In this document: positions 1 through 9,246 of the stretch, piece by piece
Layout of the letters: each line of letters opens with the position of its first letter
Position numbering within the stretch: position 1 is the stretch's first letter
DNA from: a virus
Taxonomy: Duplodnaviria; Caudoviricetes
IMG/VR virus record: IMGVR_UViG_3300005805_006131
Location: 1-38,813 of that record
Length of the DNA: 38,813 nt
Reading direction: 5' to 3' (one strand)
Made by a program: the position numbers and the translations under genes
Notes under the pieces: model-generated
Told to the model about the DNA's origin: nothing
Database searches by the model: none
The model's input: only the letters and a program-made list of their open reading frames with translations

Positions 1-15
1 GTATAATGAGGCCAT
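1..15 (-). CDS. Probable start of a late gene running off the left edge (MASLY...)
   Basis: ATG at 15 lies 5 nt downstream of a perfect TATAAATA on the minus strand; only 5 codons visible. Confidence 0.4.
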
Positions 16-20
16 ACATA

Positions 21-28
21 TATTTATA
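21..28 (-). promoter_or_regulatory. T4-type late promoter TATAAATA
   Basis: tatttata at 21-28 reads TATAAATA on the minus strand, the T4 gp55 consensus; intergenic, just past a terminator. Confidence 0.7.
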
Positions 29-34
29 TGAATA

Positions 35-60
35 AAAAAGCCCACAATTGTGGGCTTTTT
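35..60. terminator. Rho-independent (bidirectional) terminator after the tail tube gene
   Basis: Perfect palindrome AAAAAGCCCAC-AATT-GTGGGCTTTTT with A/T tracts on both sides, 15 nt after the tube stop codon. Confidence 0.85.
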
Positions 61-75
61 ATAGCAAGCGTAAAA

Positions 76-693
76 TCAACCTGTAGCCACGCCACCGTTG
101 GTTCTTGGAACTGGAGCTCCAACGCCGCCTGGGCTCGTAGTTTGGATTGCATTATCATAACGTATGCTCATAGTAATAGTCATAGCATCGTTATTTGCGT
201 AGTTTGCTTCATTATAGTTAATGTCATTTAGGAAGCAACCATACAATTCCCAAGTTTCTAATACAACAGGTTCAATTTGTCCGTTACCACCGTCCAACAT
301 CTCAAGTTTAGTGATAAACTTGTAATCTATGCCGCTGGATGCGCTGGCTTGTTCCATAAAGTCAAATTGCTTTTGAATCTGTTCGCCCACCAGCCTACTT
401 ACGCTACCTGCTGCGTCATCACGTAGAACAACTTGGCAAGGATTCCAAATTGGACGACCAGCAACATATACCATGCTGTTATAGACTGGTAATGAAATTG
501 GTTCCATAGTTACCTGAGGACGAGAAAAACTCATTACTTGTTTGGTAAGTTCTGTTTTGGGATTGCTTACACCAAAGTTATCAAAAGTCGCCCTAAAACG
601 AAATTGAAGTTTTGGCATCAACATGCCCTGCGTAGTGGCGCTTTGGTTGCCACCTAGCGGTACTGTAAATCTAGTTAAAGATGAAACTGCCAT
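76..693 (-). CDS. Tail tube protein (T4 gp19-like)
   Basis: 205 aa directly after the sheath; tube-like motifs (RPQVT..., YVAGRPIW, LEMLDG, WELYGCF..I.Y, MSIRYD). Confidence 0.88.
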   Translation of the reverse strand: MAVSSLTRFTVPLGGNQSATTQGMLMPKLQFRFRATFDNFGVSNPKTELTKQVMSFSRPQVTMEPISLPVYNSMVYVAGRPIWNPCQVVLRDDAAGSVSRLVGEQIQKQFDFMEQASASSGIDYKFITKLEMLDGGNGQIEPVVLETWELYGCFLNDINYNEANYANNDAMTITMSIRYDNAIQTTSPGGVGAPVPRTNGGVATG

Positions 694-694
694 A

Positions 695-3600
695 TTATGC
701 TCCTGTTCCTACTGTTTGTGCTGATGCCAAATTACCTGCTTGTATCTCACCTGGATTCTTCAATCTAATTGGTATATAGATAAATTCAACTGCTTTAGTT
801 GGTTGTATAGCAACATCAACCCACAGTTCATTTCTAGCTATACGATCTGGGGTATTATTTGTAGTATCGCAAACAACCAAATAATCTGTAATACCGCGTT
901 TAGCAATCAAATCATTGAACAAGCTAGAACATACTGCTGCTACTTGGCTGCGAGTAATTGGATCATTTGGTTCAAATACAAATGGACGAACCAATGTGTT
1001 CAATTGTCCACGTAGATAGTTAATTAATCTTGCAACATTTATTCTATCCATCGCACTTGGTGTTACTGATGCGGTCTTTTGTCCATATATTACTAATCCA
1101 CTACCTGGCAAGTTGGTAAGAGGGTTAATCTTATTTTGATACATGACATCTCTTAACCCTTCAGTTACTCCAATGCTAATAAACTCACCTGTAGTTTCAC
1201 TAACATATCCAATAGCGGTTAAGTTATCAATTAAACCTCTACGTGTACCGGCTGGTGCTAGCCATGGATAAGAAAAATTATCACTCTTAATCATTGCACG
1301 TAATACCGCATGACTTGGTGGAACTACAATTGCCTGTCCATTGAGATCACTGGTTAATCCACTTGGATAATAAATTCCAACATATGGACTATTGATATTA
1401 TAGCTATTAGCACCAATGAAATCTTCAATCTCGGACTCTGAATAGGTTGCATAGTCTATAATTGCTGCACCTGTAGCAGGCAATGTTAAAGGAGTATCTC
1501 CAATGATAAATGCGGTATTGTTTCTATCCTCATTCAATGCTACTAGATTTGGTATAACTTCTGGGTATCCAGGACATGCAATTAAGTTGAAGACATTTTG
1601 ATCTTCACGTAATGCAATACTGCTATTGACCGCAGATTTTAATGCAGCAATTACTACACCGCGTTGTGCATTTCGTCCAAAATTTGGTACAATACCTTCT
1701 TGATAGCCAGCTACGCTTAGCCATGTATTCTTCACTGATGGGAGTGATTCATCTGGATATGCAGACTCACTGAAGTAGTTGGACTTATATTGTTTAATAT
1801 TAAATCCACTAGCTCTAGTGTTCCACAGCAGCATACCGCGTGGATAAAATGCTGGGTCTGGCGCATCCAAATCAACATAATCGCTTTGTGCAAGATCAGC
1901 AATACTAGGTATTGGATCTGTGACTGGATCAGTACTTCCATTTGGCGCCCAACGTGCATCTGCAAAAGTAATTCCATTTTGACCAGTGTTGTCTGTGTTA
2001 TCTATTAGAACCCACTGGTTTACTCCTGCAACATTTTGCCAACGATATAGTTTTGGATAATTTGCAAGGTCACTAGTATCTACCCACAAATCACCGTATT
2101 CCAGCGCAGTACCGTCATCTTGTTCTGTTGGAGCATTGCTGCTGATAATTGGTCCTGTTGGATTTGTCTGTGTTAGGTCATAACCTCTTATATCAGTTAT
2201 AGTTTGATAGCCACACCATGCACTTCCATTGCTTACCATAATATCTACTCTAGCTGGAGTATTGTAATACCAAAGAGTATTATCTGCTGGTGCAACGTAA
2301 GGTTGTGTTGCACTTGTAGAGTATCCATCTACACTTAATGGTTCCCAGTTAGTACCAATAATTGAATTAGTGTCAGCTGGGTTTTCATATACCCTTATTG
2401 CGCTGGTATTAATACCAACGCTATTAAGAGGTGATCCAGCCCCATCATCAAGAATCATATCGCCACCTGATGAATGTATCAGTGTCATGTTACCTGCAGA
2501 ATTAATCGCTGCGGTAACGTTGGGAATAGCTGCTGCACTAACAGCACTAATAAAGCCTGATAGTGTACCGCTACTTACCGTTACAGTATAAGTGGTTGTA
2601 TTAGCAGATCCCGCTACAGGACGAACGGTAACAGTAAATGAGCCTGTAGTAGCACTGGTTGGTACACCATCACCTGTTACGACTGTTGCACCTGTATAAG
2701 CCCTGCGCCATAAAAACTGTGCAGGAGTATTATCTCCGCTAGCATTATATTGGCAGAACAATGCATTTGATGGGACGTTAATGCCGCCACCAGTTGGGTC
2801 TAAACCAAAAGTAGCTGCGAATACGTTTTCATAATCATTTACAATCTGAGTGACCCACAATCCAGTAGTGGTATTGAAACGTTTTACTGCCATTTGTAGG
2901 CCAGTACCGGTAACACTGGATTTTTGCCAAATACTACCAGTTGGTCTTGCTGTGCCTAAAGCAACATTGCCTTCCCAATTTGGAACTGTAAAGTATGGAG
3001 CAATGCTGACTGCTGGTACAGCATATGTTCCTACACTTATACCTAGGTCCGTTAGTGGAGTACCACTACCATTAGAAATATCAATTATACCATCTTCTGT
3101 GCTTCCATCACTGGTTGCGGTTTCATCACCGCTAATAACCAATAAGTTATTAGATACTCTTGCAGTAACACCTGCAGAAGATAGGTTAGCGGTAATTTCA
3201 CTGGCCACAGTAGCTAGATTTGCACCAATTGACAAATCAACATCAATGGTGTTGATTGTAATTGTGCTATTTGCACTAATAATTGCATTAGTTACTGTAC
3301 CTGTAATTGTTGGCAAGCCCATTTGCCACTCTTGAGTGCCAATTAGCTGCCATGTATTATCATAAATTTTGTAGTAAACCTTATTAAGGTCAGCATCTGA
3401 TCCCACTGCTACTGCTGCATAATTACCAATTGCTCCAACGGTTACATTAGGCTCAGACCCATCTAAAAAGTCAGCATCTGTAATAACTATAACACTTTGT
3501 AGCCCAAACTCTTGTGTACCCGCATCCCATTCATAGATACCAAATTCTGTATTAGCAGTATCTAACCAATATGTTCCGTTACTAGGATTAGCCAATGGAC

Positions 3601-3973
3601 GGATCGCAGTTCCTGTTAATCCGCCCAAATCCACGTTGGCACGTTGTACATAAATTTGGTTACTTACACCTAATAGACTATATGCCGCCATTAAACCATA
3701 TTCGTTTTGCTCATCTGCATTGATTGGGGCGCCACTTGCTGTAGTTTTGAAAATTGGTGTGCCAAAAGTGGTAACTAAATCACGTTGGCTGGTGATTGTG
3801 TAAATTTTTTCGCCGTTTTCAGGTAGTGTGCCTGCTGCTATACCTACACCACCCGGAGCTGGCTTATTTTGGGCGGTTGCTAGAAGTATATAAGCCACAG
3901 AACCAATTGCATTTGGTGCATAATTACTTTCGTCTATGACTGTTACTTGTACGCCTGGACTAACTAGAGCCAT
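695..3973 (-). CDS. Contractile tail sheath protein (T4 gp18-like), enlarged
   Basis: N-terminal LVSPGVQVTVIDES; C-terminal PWLAPAGTRRG, KINPL, YGQKT, DRINVARL, FVFEPND, CDTTNNTP, QPTKAVEFIYIP; SD AGGAG upstream. Confidence 0.96.
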   Translation of the reverse strand: MALVSPGVQVTVIDESNYAPNAIGSVAYILLATAQNKPAPGGVGIAAGTLPENGEKIYTITSQRDLVTTFGTPIFKTTASGAPINADEQNEYGLMAAYSLLGVSNQIYVQRANVDLGGLTGTAIRPLANPSNGTYWLDTANTEFGIYEWDAGTQEFGLQSVIVITDADFLDGSEPNVTVGAIGNYAAVAVGSDADLNKVYYKIYDNTWQLIGTQEWQMGLPTITGTVTNAIISANSTITINTIDVDLSIGANLATVASEITANLSSAGVTARVSNNLLVISGDETATSDGSTEDGIIDISNGSGTPLTDLGISVGTYAVPAVSIAPYFTVPNWEGNVALGTARPTGSIWQKSSVTGTGLQMAVKRFNTTTGLWVTQIVNDYENVFAATFGLDPTGGGINVPSNALFCQYNASGDNTPAQFLWRRAYTGATVVTGDGVPTSATTGSFTVTVRPVAGSANTTTYTVTVSSGTLSGFISAVSAAAIPNVTAAINSAGNMTLIHSSGGDMILDDGAGSPLNSVGINTSAIRVYENPADTNSIIGTNWEPLSVDGYSTSATQPYVAPADNTLWYYNTPARVDIMVSNGSAWCGYQTITDIRGYDLTQTNPTGPIISSNAPTEQDDGTALEYGDLWVDTSDLANYPKLYRWQNVAGVNQWVLIDNTDNTGQNGITFADARWAPNGSTDPVTDPIPSIADLAQSDYVDLDAPDPAFYPRGMLLWNTRASGFNIKQYKSNYFSESAYPDESLPSVKNTWLSVAGYQEGIVPNFGRNAQRGVVIAALKSAVNSSIALREDQNVFNLIACPGYPEVIPNLVALNEDRNNTAFIIGDTPLTLPATGAAIIDYATYSESEIEDFIGANSYNINSPYVGIYYPSGLTSDLNGQAIVVPPSHAVLRAMIKSDNFSYPWLAPAGTRRGLIDNLTAIGYVSETTGEFISIGVTEGLRDVMYQNKINPLTNLPGSGLVIYGQKTASVTPSAMDRINVARLINYLRGQLNTLVRPFVFEPNDPITRSQVAAVCSSLFNDLIAKRGITDYLVVCDTTNNTPDRIARNELWVDVAIQPTKAVEFIYIPIRLKNPGEIQAGNLASAQTVGTGA

Positions 3974-4020
3974 TCTATTTCTCCTAAAATCTTAAACTAG
4001 TTTCCTAGATCTATATAAGA

Positions 4021-4027
4021 TATTTAT
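4021..4027 (-). promoter_or_regulatory. Late-promoter-like ATAAATA for the sheath-tube operon
   Basis: tatttat at 4021-4027, about 47 nt upstream of the sheath ATG. Confidence 0.6.
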
Positions 4028-4078
4028 TGCAAATGGTAAAAAGTAGGTGGTTTGCATGCCCTTAATTAAGGTTTCCTG

Positions 4079-4085
4079 ATAAATA
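4079..4085 (+). promoter_or_regulatory. Late-promoter-like ATAAATA, 4 nt before the ATG at 4090
   Basis: gATAAATAccatATG; same motif recurs before other structural genes. Confidence 0.55.
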
Positions 4086-4089
4086 CCAT

Positions 4090-4452
4090 ATGCAAAGCCA
4101 TAAAAATAGACCCCTATGTATAACTTGCCAACAGAGACCAGTGGCTATAAACAGATATTATAAAGAACATGTATATTATAGGCGTCAATGCGATCAATGT
4201 CTTCGAATTGGACGTAGGCTAAAACCCCAAATACCGCATTGGGCTAAATCCGGCTATAGGAAAAAAGATAGATGTGATCTATGTAACTGGAAGGTCAAAT
4301 ACCCAGATAAACAAACTACAGTCTATCACGTTGACGGGAATTTGAGAAATAACAGCCCTTTTAACTTAAGAACTGTTTGCTTGAACTGTAGAGTCGAACT
4401 ACTCTACAGCAAGGTTAACTGGAAAGAAACAGATATTAAACCAGACTTCTAA
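4090..4452 (+). CDS. HNH-like zinc-binding protein
   Basis: Four CxxC pairs and YHVDGNLRNNSPFNLRTVCLNC, an HNH-type motif; last His replaced by Arg. Confidence 0.7.
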   Translation: MQSHKNRPLCITCQQRPVAINRYYKEHVYYRRQCDQCLRIGRRLKPQIPHWAKSGYRKKDRCDLCNWKVKYPDKQTTVYHVDGNLRNNSPFNLRTVCLNCRVELLYSKVNWKETDIKPDF

Positions 4453-5044
4453 GTTTGGAATAAAGCTCATCTATACTGCCGTCATTGACTATTAACTCGT
4501 CATATAACACAGGAGCACTGCTGTATTCACTGGCATGAACTTCTGGATAAACTTTGGGCATGTGCTCTACATTTTCCCTAGCAAATTCAAACCACTCAGG
4601 GTCTGGCCCCCGCTTGATACGGATAACTTTGCCGCCAACCTTACGAATGGCATCCGCTTCATTGGGAAACCTACAATCAGTTATTACAATATCATCCCTG
4701 CTATTACGTAACTTATTTTCCACACTGGCTATCCAAATATCAGGATGAAAATGGTTCCTGAATACTTCTGTACCCCAATACTGCAATACCCAGCGTGGCG
4801 TAAGATGTGGAATTTTTAATCGGTCTGCCCACCATTGGTCCACTTGTTCTCGCCACTCTCTGCTGGCTTTGGTTCTACCTTCTAAGAGTTCTCTATCCCA
4901 TGCAAAAACTGCTGCGGCTGCATCCTTTAAGGTAGCTGCAAAACTATCACGTTTGAAACCATAGAAATTAACTAGATAATCAGCTGCGGTATCTTTCCCA
5001 CTGCCAATCAAACCAACGAAACCAAGTATTTTATGTGTGCTCAT
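4436..5044 (-). CDS. Deoxynucleoside monophosphate kinase (T4 gp1-like)
   Basis: P-loop GLIGSGKDT, SFAATLKD, PRWVLQYWGTE, ITDCRFPNE, HASE, NDGSIDEL. Confidence 0.93.
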   Translation of the reverse strand: MSTHKILGFVGLIGSGKDTAADYLVNFYGFKRDSFAATLKDAAAAVFAWDRELLEGRTKASREWREQVDQWWADRLKIPHLTPRWVLQYWGTEVFRNHFHPDIWIASVENKLRNSRDDIVITDCRFPNEADAIRKVGGKVIRIKRGPDPEWFEFARENVEHMPKVYPEVHASEYSSAPVLYDELIVNDGSIDELYSKLRSLV

Positions 5045-5050
5045 CCTGTA

Positions 5051-5079
5051 ATAATACAGAATAATTGTGGCGCTGTCTA
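5051..5079 (-). promoter_or_regulatory. Sigma70-type promoter for dNMP kinase
   Basis: TAGACA-17 nt-TATTAT, then 6 nt to the ATG. Confidence 0.6.
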
Positions 5080-5086
5080 GAAATAA

Positions 5087-6268
5087 TTAACCAATAACCC
5101 AAGTCAATGGCTGTGAACCATCCACATAATTCTTCAAATCTTCTTCTAATTTAGCCATTTCGTCATTGGCTTCCTGTAACAAGGCTGCACCGTTTAGTTG
5201 AGTACCACCCTGAGGACCAGCAATAGTGCTGAACTTACCGCGAGCTTGTCCAAGTATGCTCTTAGCAAAAGCTAGAGCATATTCCTGTAACCATGGAAAT
5301 ACCTGTGGATCACTTAATAATAAACTGTCTGGTTTGTAATTATAAATCCATAACAGCACACTCTCCAATTGGTTACCATCATAAAATGGCTCTGGTATCC
5401 AAAAAGTAGTATTTTGTAAATCGTTACCGGTTACACTAGTAGCACCCAAAGGTTGATTCGCAACCACAGTTATTACAGTTCTATCATTGTTTACAGTTAA
5501 AACTCTATATTGACTGCTATACCCTTGAACCTTACACTCTCGTATATATACACTGCTACCTGGGGCTAAATTGCTTTGATAGCTGGTTGTACTGGTAGGC
5601 AATTGTATAGTAATAACACTATTGGTTATAGTATTATCAGCACTTATGGCTAACGGTGTAATTGCTGTACCACCGTCATAAGGTATTTTTCTAATTAAGG
5701 TCAGCTTCTTAGTTACTCTGTTCCATGTAAAGTTAATGTATCCACCAAACATGGTCATTGCTAGTTCTTGATATTGAGTAAACAGTTCATAGTTCGTCAA
5801 ACCACCTACTCTACCAGCCACTAACATGTAGGTGTTTAAATATCCGCTGGCGAACGGTTCAAATTGACTAGCTGTAGTACCTGTGGTGCTACCAATACCT
5901 CTGCGGAATATCTGCCTAACTTCCATAATGTTGTTAGGTAATATATACTCTTGTACATCAGGTATTAGGTTCAAAAAAGCATAGCTTTCTTCAACACTGT
6001 TCTGTGCTTTTTGTCTATATTTGGTAAGTGCCTGTTTAATTGAAAGTTCGTAATGCTCTTTGTCTAACTCAACATCAACAATCTGATCGCCTAATCTCAA
6101 CCTGATATAATCTATCATTTGATTGCGCAGTTGGTTTAGTGTCTGTATTTGCTCATTGGCAGCAATTGCGCTTTCCTGACTGATAAAGCCAGGGCCGCCT
6201 AGATTATCCGTTCTTACCGCATAATCTCTAGTTAAATCTGGTTGAATGACTACGTTCGCATTACTCAT
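5087..6268 (-). CDS. Neck/head-completion protein (T4 gp13-like) with inserted domain
   Basis: YIRLRLG..IVDVELD, WLQEYALA..K..LG.ARGKF.TIAGPQGG.QLNG..L..EA..E...LE motifs. Confidence 0.85.
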   Translation of the reverse strand: MSNANVVIQPDLTRDYAVRTDNLGGPGFISQESAIAANEQIQTLNQLRNQMIDYIRLRLGDQIVDVELDKEHYELSIKQALTKYRQKAQNSVEESYAFLNLIPDVQEYILPNNIMEVRQIFRRGIGSTTGTTASQFEPFASGYLNTYMLVAGRVGGLTNYELFTQYQELAMTMFGGYINFTWNRVTKKLTLIRKIPYDGGTAITPLAISADNTITNSVITIQLPTSTTSYQSNLAPGSSVYIRECKVQGYSSQYRVLTVNNDRTVITVVANQPLGATSVTGNDLQNTTFWIPEPFYDGNQLESVLLWIYNYKPDSLLLSDPQVFPWLQEYALAFAKSILGQARGKFSTIAGPQGGTQLNGAALLQEANDEMAKLEEDLKNYVDGSQPLTWVIG

Positions 6269-6310
6269 AAAAATAGTGTCCTATGCCTTTATTTAGCAGT
6301 TAGGACACTA
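6269..6310 (-). promoter_or_regulatory. Hairpin/terminator enclosing a late promoter (CTAAATA) and pairing the SD of the gp13-like gene
   Basis: 10-bp inverted repeat TAGTGTCCTA (6274-6283)/TAGGACACTA (6301-6310), CTAAATA at 6296-6290 in the loop, followed by TTTTT-ATG on the minus strand. Confidence 0.7.
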
Positions 6311-6321
6311 AAAATTTATAC

Positions 6322-7485
6322 TTAGGCAGACTTCAGCAATACTATATCTGCATTAATGCGCCCATTGAGTTTGGTTTCTACACTGCGAATACCATCCAAA
6401 AACTTACGCAATTGAACCTTACCCAGTTTAGCAAACTCTTTGAGCTTTTCCTCAGGCTTACGTAGAGTCTTGCTCACACTCTTGTGTTCATTGTAGTTTA
6501 CAATGCTGGTGCCTTTAACACTCAATGTAGTAAAGTCTGCGGCAACATATTTGCCCAATTTACGGGTTTTGGTATTGTAGACCCAAAGCTCGCTGGCATC
6601 AAGAATATCCGCAGGGTTAATACTAACCAACTTCAATTCCTTGTGTTCCTTGCAGTATTTCATACGGCTGACCAGCTTTTGTTTATTAACCGGCTTCTTA
6701 GCACGAGCCTTTTTGGTAGCTTTTTTCACAACCTTATATTGCTGTACCGCATCCAGAATACCCTGCAGGAAATTTAGAATACGCTTGTAGTCGCTGGTCT
6801 TCAAATACCCATAAGCTTCTTTTAGCTGCTCATCTCCACCATGCTGCGCCTGTTTGAACTCTTGCATGATATCACCAAATACTAACTCATATCTGTTCAA
6901 CTGGCTTTGAGGCACATTATTTGTCTGTAGAAACTCAAAGGGTTTGAAGGTACTGGATTTATTGGTCAGAACCAAATCCAATTCAGCTTCAATTTGCCCC
7001 ATAAGTTCATTGGTCTTTTCTGCCATGCGATCTTGAATATTGATTACAGCCGCAGGCTTCGTTTCTGGTTTGAGCACACTTTGTTGTTCAGCTATCTCTC
7101 CACCAATCAAATTCTTGATAGTGGTGAGAATATAATTTTCATATTTTTCACGTAGAGGCATACCATTTTTGTGGCAAACCACAAGACTGCATAGAGTAAT
7201 GGGCACATCCTTGTCTGAAACTTTATCCCATTGTTTGATCTCTTGTTCCTTAAATTTACCGCTGACATGCATAAACTCGCCAACGTACTTTTTGAGATCC
7301 TTACCATTAAAATAATAATTGTAATAGTTCATCCCTTTACGCACTGCACTATCAAACACAGCATCATCCATGTGTTTGCAATGCTCGGCATTCCACACTG
7401 GCTCGTCACCAGTGAATTTGGCATCCTCAAGTTGCCAATGGCTGCGGGGATTTTTCAACGGTTTAAATGCAAGAACTTTGCCCAT
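6322..7485 (-). CDS. Hypothetical basic protein of T4-like phages
   Basis: Long ORF; start moved to ATG 7485 because GAGGA sits 5 nt upstream; Lys-rich C-terminal LWVYNTKTRKL...KTLRKP region; function not recognised. Confidence 0.75.
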   Translation of the reverse strand: MGKVLAFKPLKNPRSHWQLEDAKFTGDEPVWNAEHCKHMDDAVFDSAVRKGMNYYNYYFNGKDLKKYVGEFMHVSGKFKEQEIKQWDKVSDKDVPITLCSLVVCHKNGMPLREKYENYILTTIKNLIGGEIAEQQSVLKPETKPAAVINIQDRMAEKTNELMGQIEAELDLVLTNKSSTFKPFEFLQTNNVPQSQLNRYELVFGDIMQEFKQAQHGGDEQLKEAYGYLKTSDYKRILNFLQGILDAVQQYKVVKKATKKARAKKPVNKQKLVSRMKYCKEHKELKLVSINPADILDASELWVYNTKTRKLGKYVAADFTTLSVKGTSIVNYNEHKSVSKTLRKPEEKLKEFAKLGKVQLRKFLDGIRSVETKLNGRINADIVLLKSA

Positions 7486-7507
7486 AATGATCCTCAAATA
7501 AAAAGTA

Positions 7508-7536
7508 ATTATAACAGAAATCTAACTTTGACTCAA
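7508..7536 (-). promoter_or_regulatory. Sigma70-type promoter
   Basis: TTGAGT-17 nt-TATAAT with extended TGn. Confidence 0.65.
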
Positions 7537-7788
7537 TAGTGCTAACACCAAATATTGCTCTAACTCATCCATTGCTGTTTCAGCTTTACTTAATTTAGTT
7601 AGATAAATTTGGCTAGGCAAGGGTTTACGTTTACAGTTTACCCACTCTACTTCAGCAGAAATCACTGCTTTTTCAACATTTTCGCAGATTTTACTGAGAT
7701 CTAATCTAACCCGCCCATTGCTGATGCGTTTAATAGACAGCCATTGGTCATCCAATCGTTTACGTATATTTTGAAGTTTTGACTCCAT
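7522..7788 (-). CDS. Small helical hypothetical protein
   Basis: 88-aa ORF filling the gap, directly behind a near-consensus promoter. Confidence 0.7.
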   Translation of the reverse strand: MESKLQNIRKRLDDQWLSIKRISNGRVRLDLSKICENVEKAVISAEVEWVNCKRKPLPSQIYLTKLSKAETAMDELEQYLVLALLSQS

Positions 7789-7793
7789 TGTTT

Positions 7794-7822
7794 AGTATAA
7801 CACCTTTGGACATTTGTGTCAA
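7794..7822 (-). promoter_or_regulatory. Near-consensus sigma70-type early promoter
   Basis: TTGACA-17 nt-TATACT with extended TGn, 5 nt before ATG 7788. Confidence 0.8.
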
Positions 7823-7829
7823 ATATGCC

Positions 7830-7836
7830 ATAAATA
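7830..7836 (+). promoter_or_regulatory. Late-promoter-like ATAAATA for gp14-gp15-NUDIX
   Basis: cATAAATAc 23 nt before GTG 7860, with SD AAGGA in between. Confidence 0.65.
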
Positions 7837-7859
7837 CTTATTATTAAAAGGAATTTGCT

Positions 7860-9236
7860 GTGCCTCGTTTGAGTCTCTGGAGGGATAATCATACCAACGA
7901 TTATAGCTTTTTTGATAAAAGAATATCAGAATCGTTTACTATTGGTGGTACAGGTGTGTTATTACACAAATATATCGGCACTAATCCCCAGTCTAATAGT
8001 TACCCAACAACCAGCACAATAACAGCCAATAGCAACGTTTTGAGCTTTGCTAATGTAGCATCTTTTCAACCAGGACAGTCCGTAGGCGGCATTAATATTG
8101 CTGCTAATACCATTATTTTCAGCACTAATTTGTCTGCTAATACCGTAACATTAAACTCAAACGTTACCGGTACTATAAGCAGTGGCACGCCAATTAACAT
8201 ATATTGGAAGGATGCTACTCAACCAGTTTACCAAAATCAAAGTGCATTGAATATCCAAGACTTACTGTTCTTAGAAAATAGAGATAGAAAATACGATAAG
8301 GATGTCTACGTCTTACGTGGAATCTATACCGTCAACGACAATGATTTTGACCTACAACAATTTGGTATATTTCTCAGTGCAGATACCATAATGATGACCT
8401 TTCATCTCAATGATACTGTAGCATTATTGGGCAGAAAGATTCTCAGCGGCGATGTCATAGAATTACAACATAAAAAGGATTATTATCCTTTGAATGCAGA
8501 TCTACCCAGTGTGTTGAAAAGATATTATGTGGTGCAAGATGTAACATTTGCAGCAGAGGGTTTTAGCCAAACTTGGTGGCCACATTTAATTAGAGTTAAA
8601 CTTACTCCACTGGTGGATGCTCAAGAATATAAGGATATTCTAAATCAAATTACTGATGGCGCCGGAACTAATACCCCAGCTGGACAGGTAATAAGCACCT
8701 TAGATAAATTAAATCAAATTAATGATGCTATTATTGCACAGGCTCAAATTGATGTTCCAAAAAGTGGAACCGATACCAATGAACTATATGCACTGCCTAT
8801 TAATCCAGATGGTACCCCCGGAGATCCAACAGGACAATATGCAGATACCACACAGACCACTGTGGACAACGATATAGATTTTGCAGCTACACAGGCTACA
8901 ACACCGGACGGTGATCTACCAGCTTATCTTGGTGGTGATGGTGAAGCACCTAACGGTTGGCCAGTTACAGCAGCAACTAGTTTCCCACCAAATGCGAATA
9001 TTGGTGATTATGTATTGAGGGTTGATTACTTGCCTAATAGACTATTTAGATTTGATGGTAGGCGTTGGACTAAGATTGAAGACAATGTAAGGACTGACCT
9101 TACCCCTGGTCCTAATAATCGCACTCAACGTAGCATATTTGTTAACGATAATACCACTTTTGTTAATAATGAAGGACAAACCGTACCTACTAGACAAAGT
9201 CTAAGTAAGGCACTAACCCCTAAAGCTGATAGCTAA
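7860..9236 (+). CDS. Neck protein (T4 gp14-like) with inserted domain
   Basis: PRLSLWR, IQDLLFLENRDRKYD, FDLQQFGIFL, GDVIEL motifs; position between gp13- and gp15-like genes. Confidence 0.75.
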   Translation: MPRLSLWRDNHTNDYSFFDKRISESFTIGGTGVLLHKYIGTNPQSNSYPTTSTITANSNVLSFANVASFQPGQSVGGINIAANTIIFSTNLSANTVTLNSNVTGTISSGTPINIYWKDATQPVYQNQSALNIQDLLFLENRDRKYDKDVYVLRGIYTVNDNDFDLQQFGIFLSADTIMMTFHLNDTVALLGRKILSGDVIELQHKKDYYPLNADLPSVLKRYYVVQDVTFAAEGFSQTWWPHLIRVKLTPLVDAQEYKDILNQITDGAGTNTPAGQVISTLDKLNQINDAIIAQAQIDVPKSGTDTNELYALPINPDGTPGDPTGQYADTTQTTVDNDIDFAATQATTPDGDLPAYLGGDGEAPNGWPVTAATSFPPNANIGDYVLRVDYLPNRLFRFDGRRWTKIEDNVRTDLTPGPNNRTQRSIFVNDNTTFVNNEGQTVPTRQSLSKALTPKADS

Positions 9237-9246
9237 GGAACTATAA

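Noticed and set aside
28-231. 67-aa plus-strand ORF
   Set aside because: Runs through the terminator and antisense to the tail tube gene
740-3335. Plus-strand ORFs inside the sheath gene, and similar antisense or off-frame ORFs inside gp15, the glycan genes and the RCC1 genes
   Set aside because: Shadows of biased codon usage in long real genes; no motifs or translation signals
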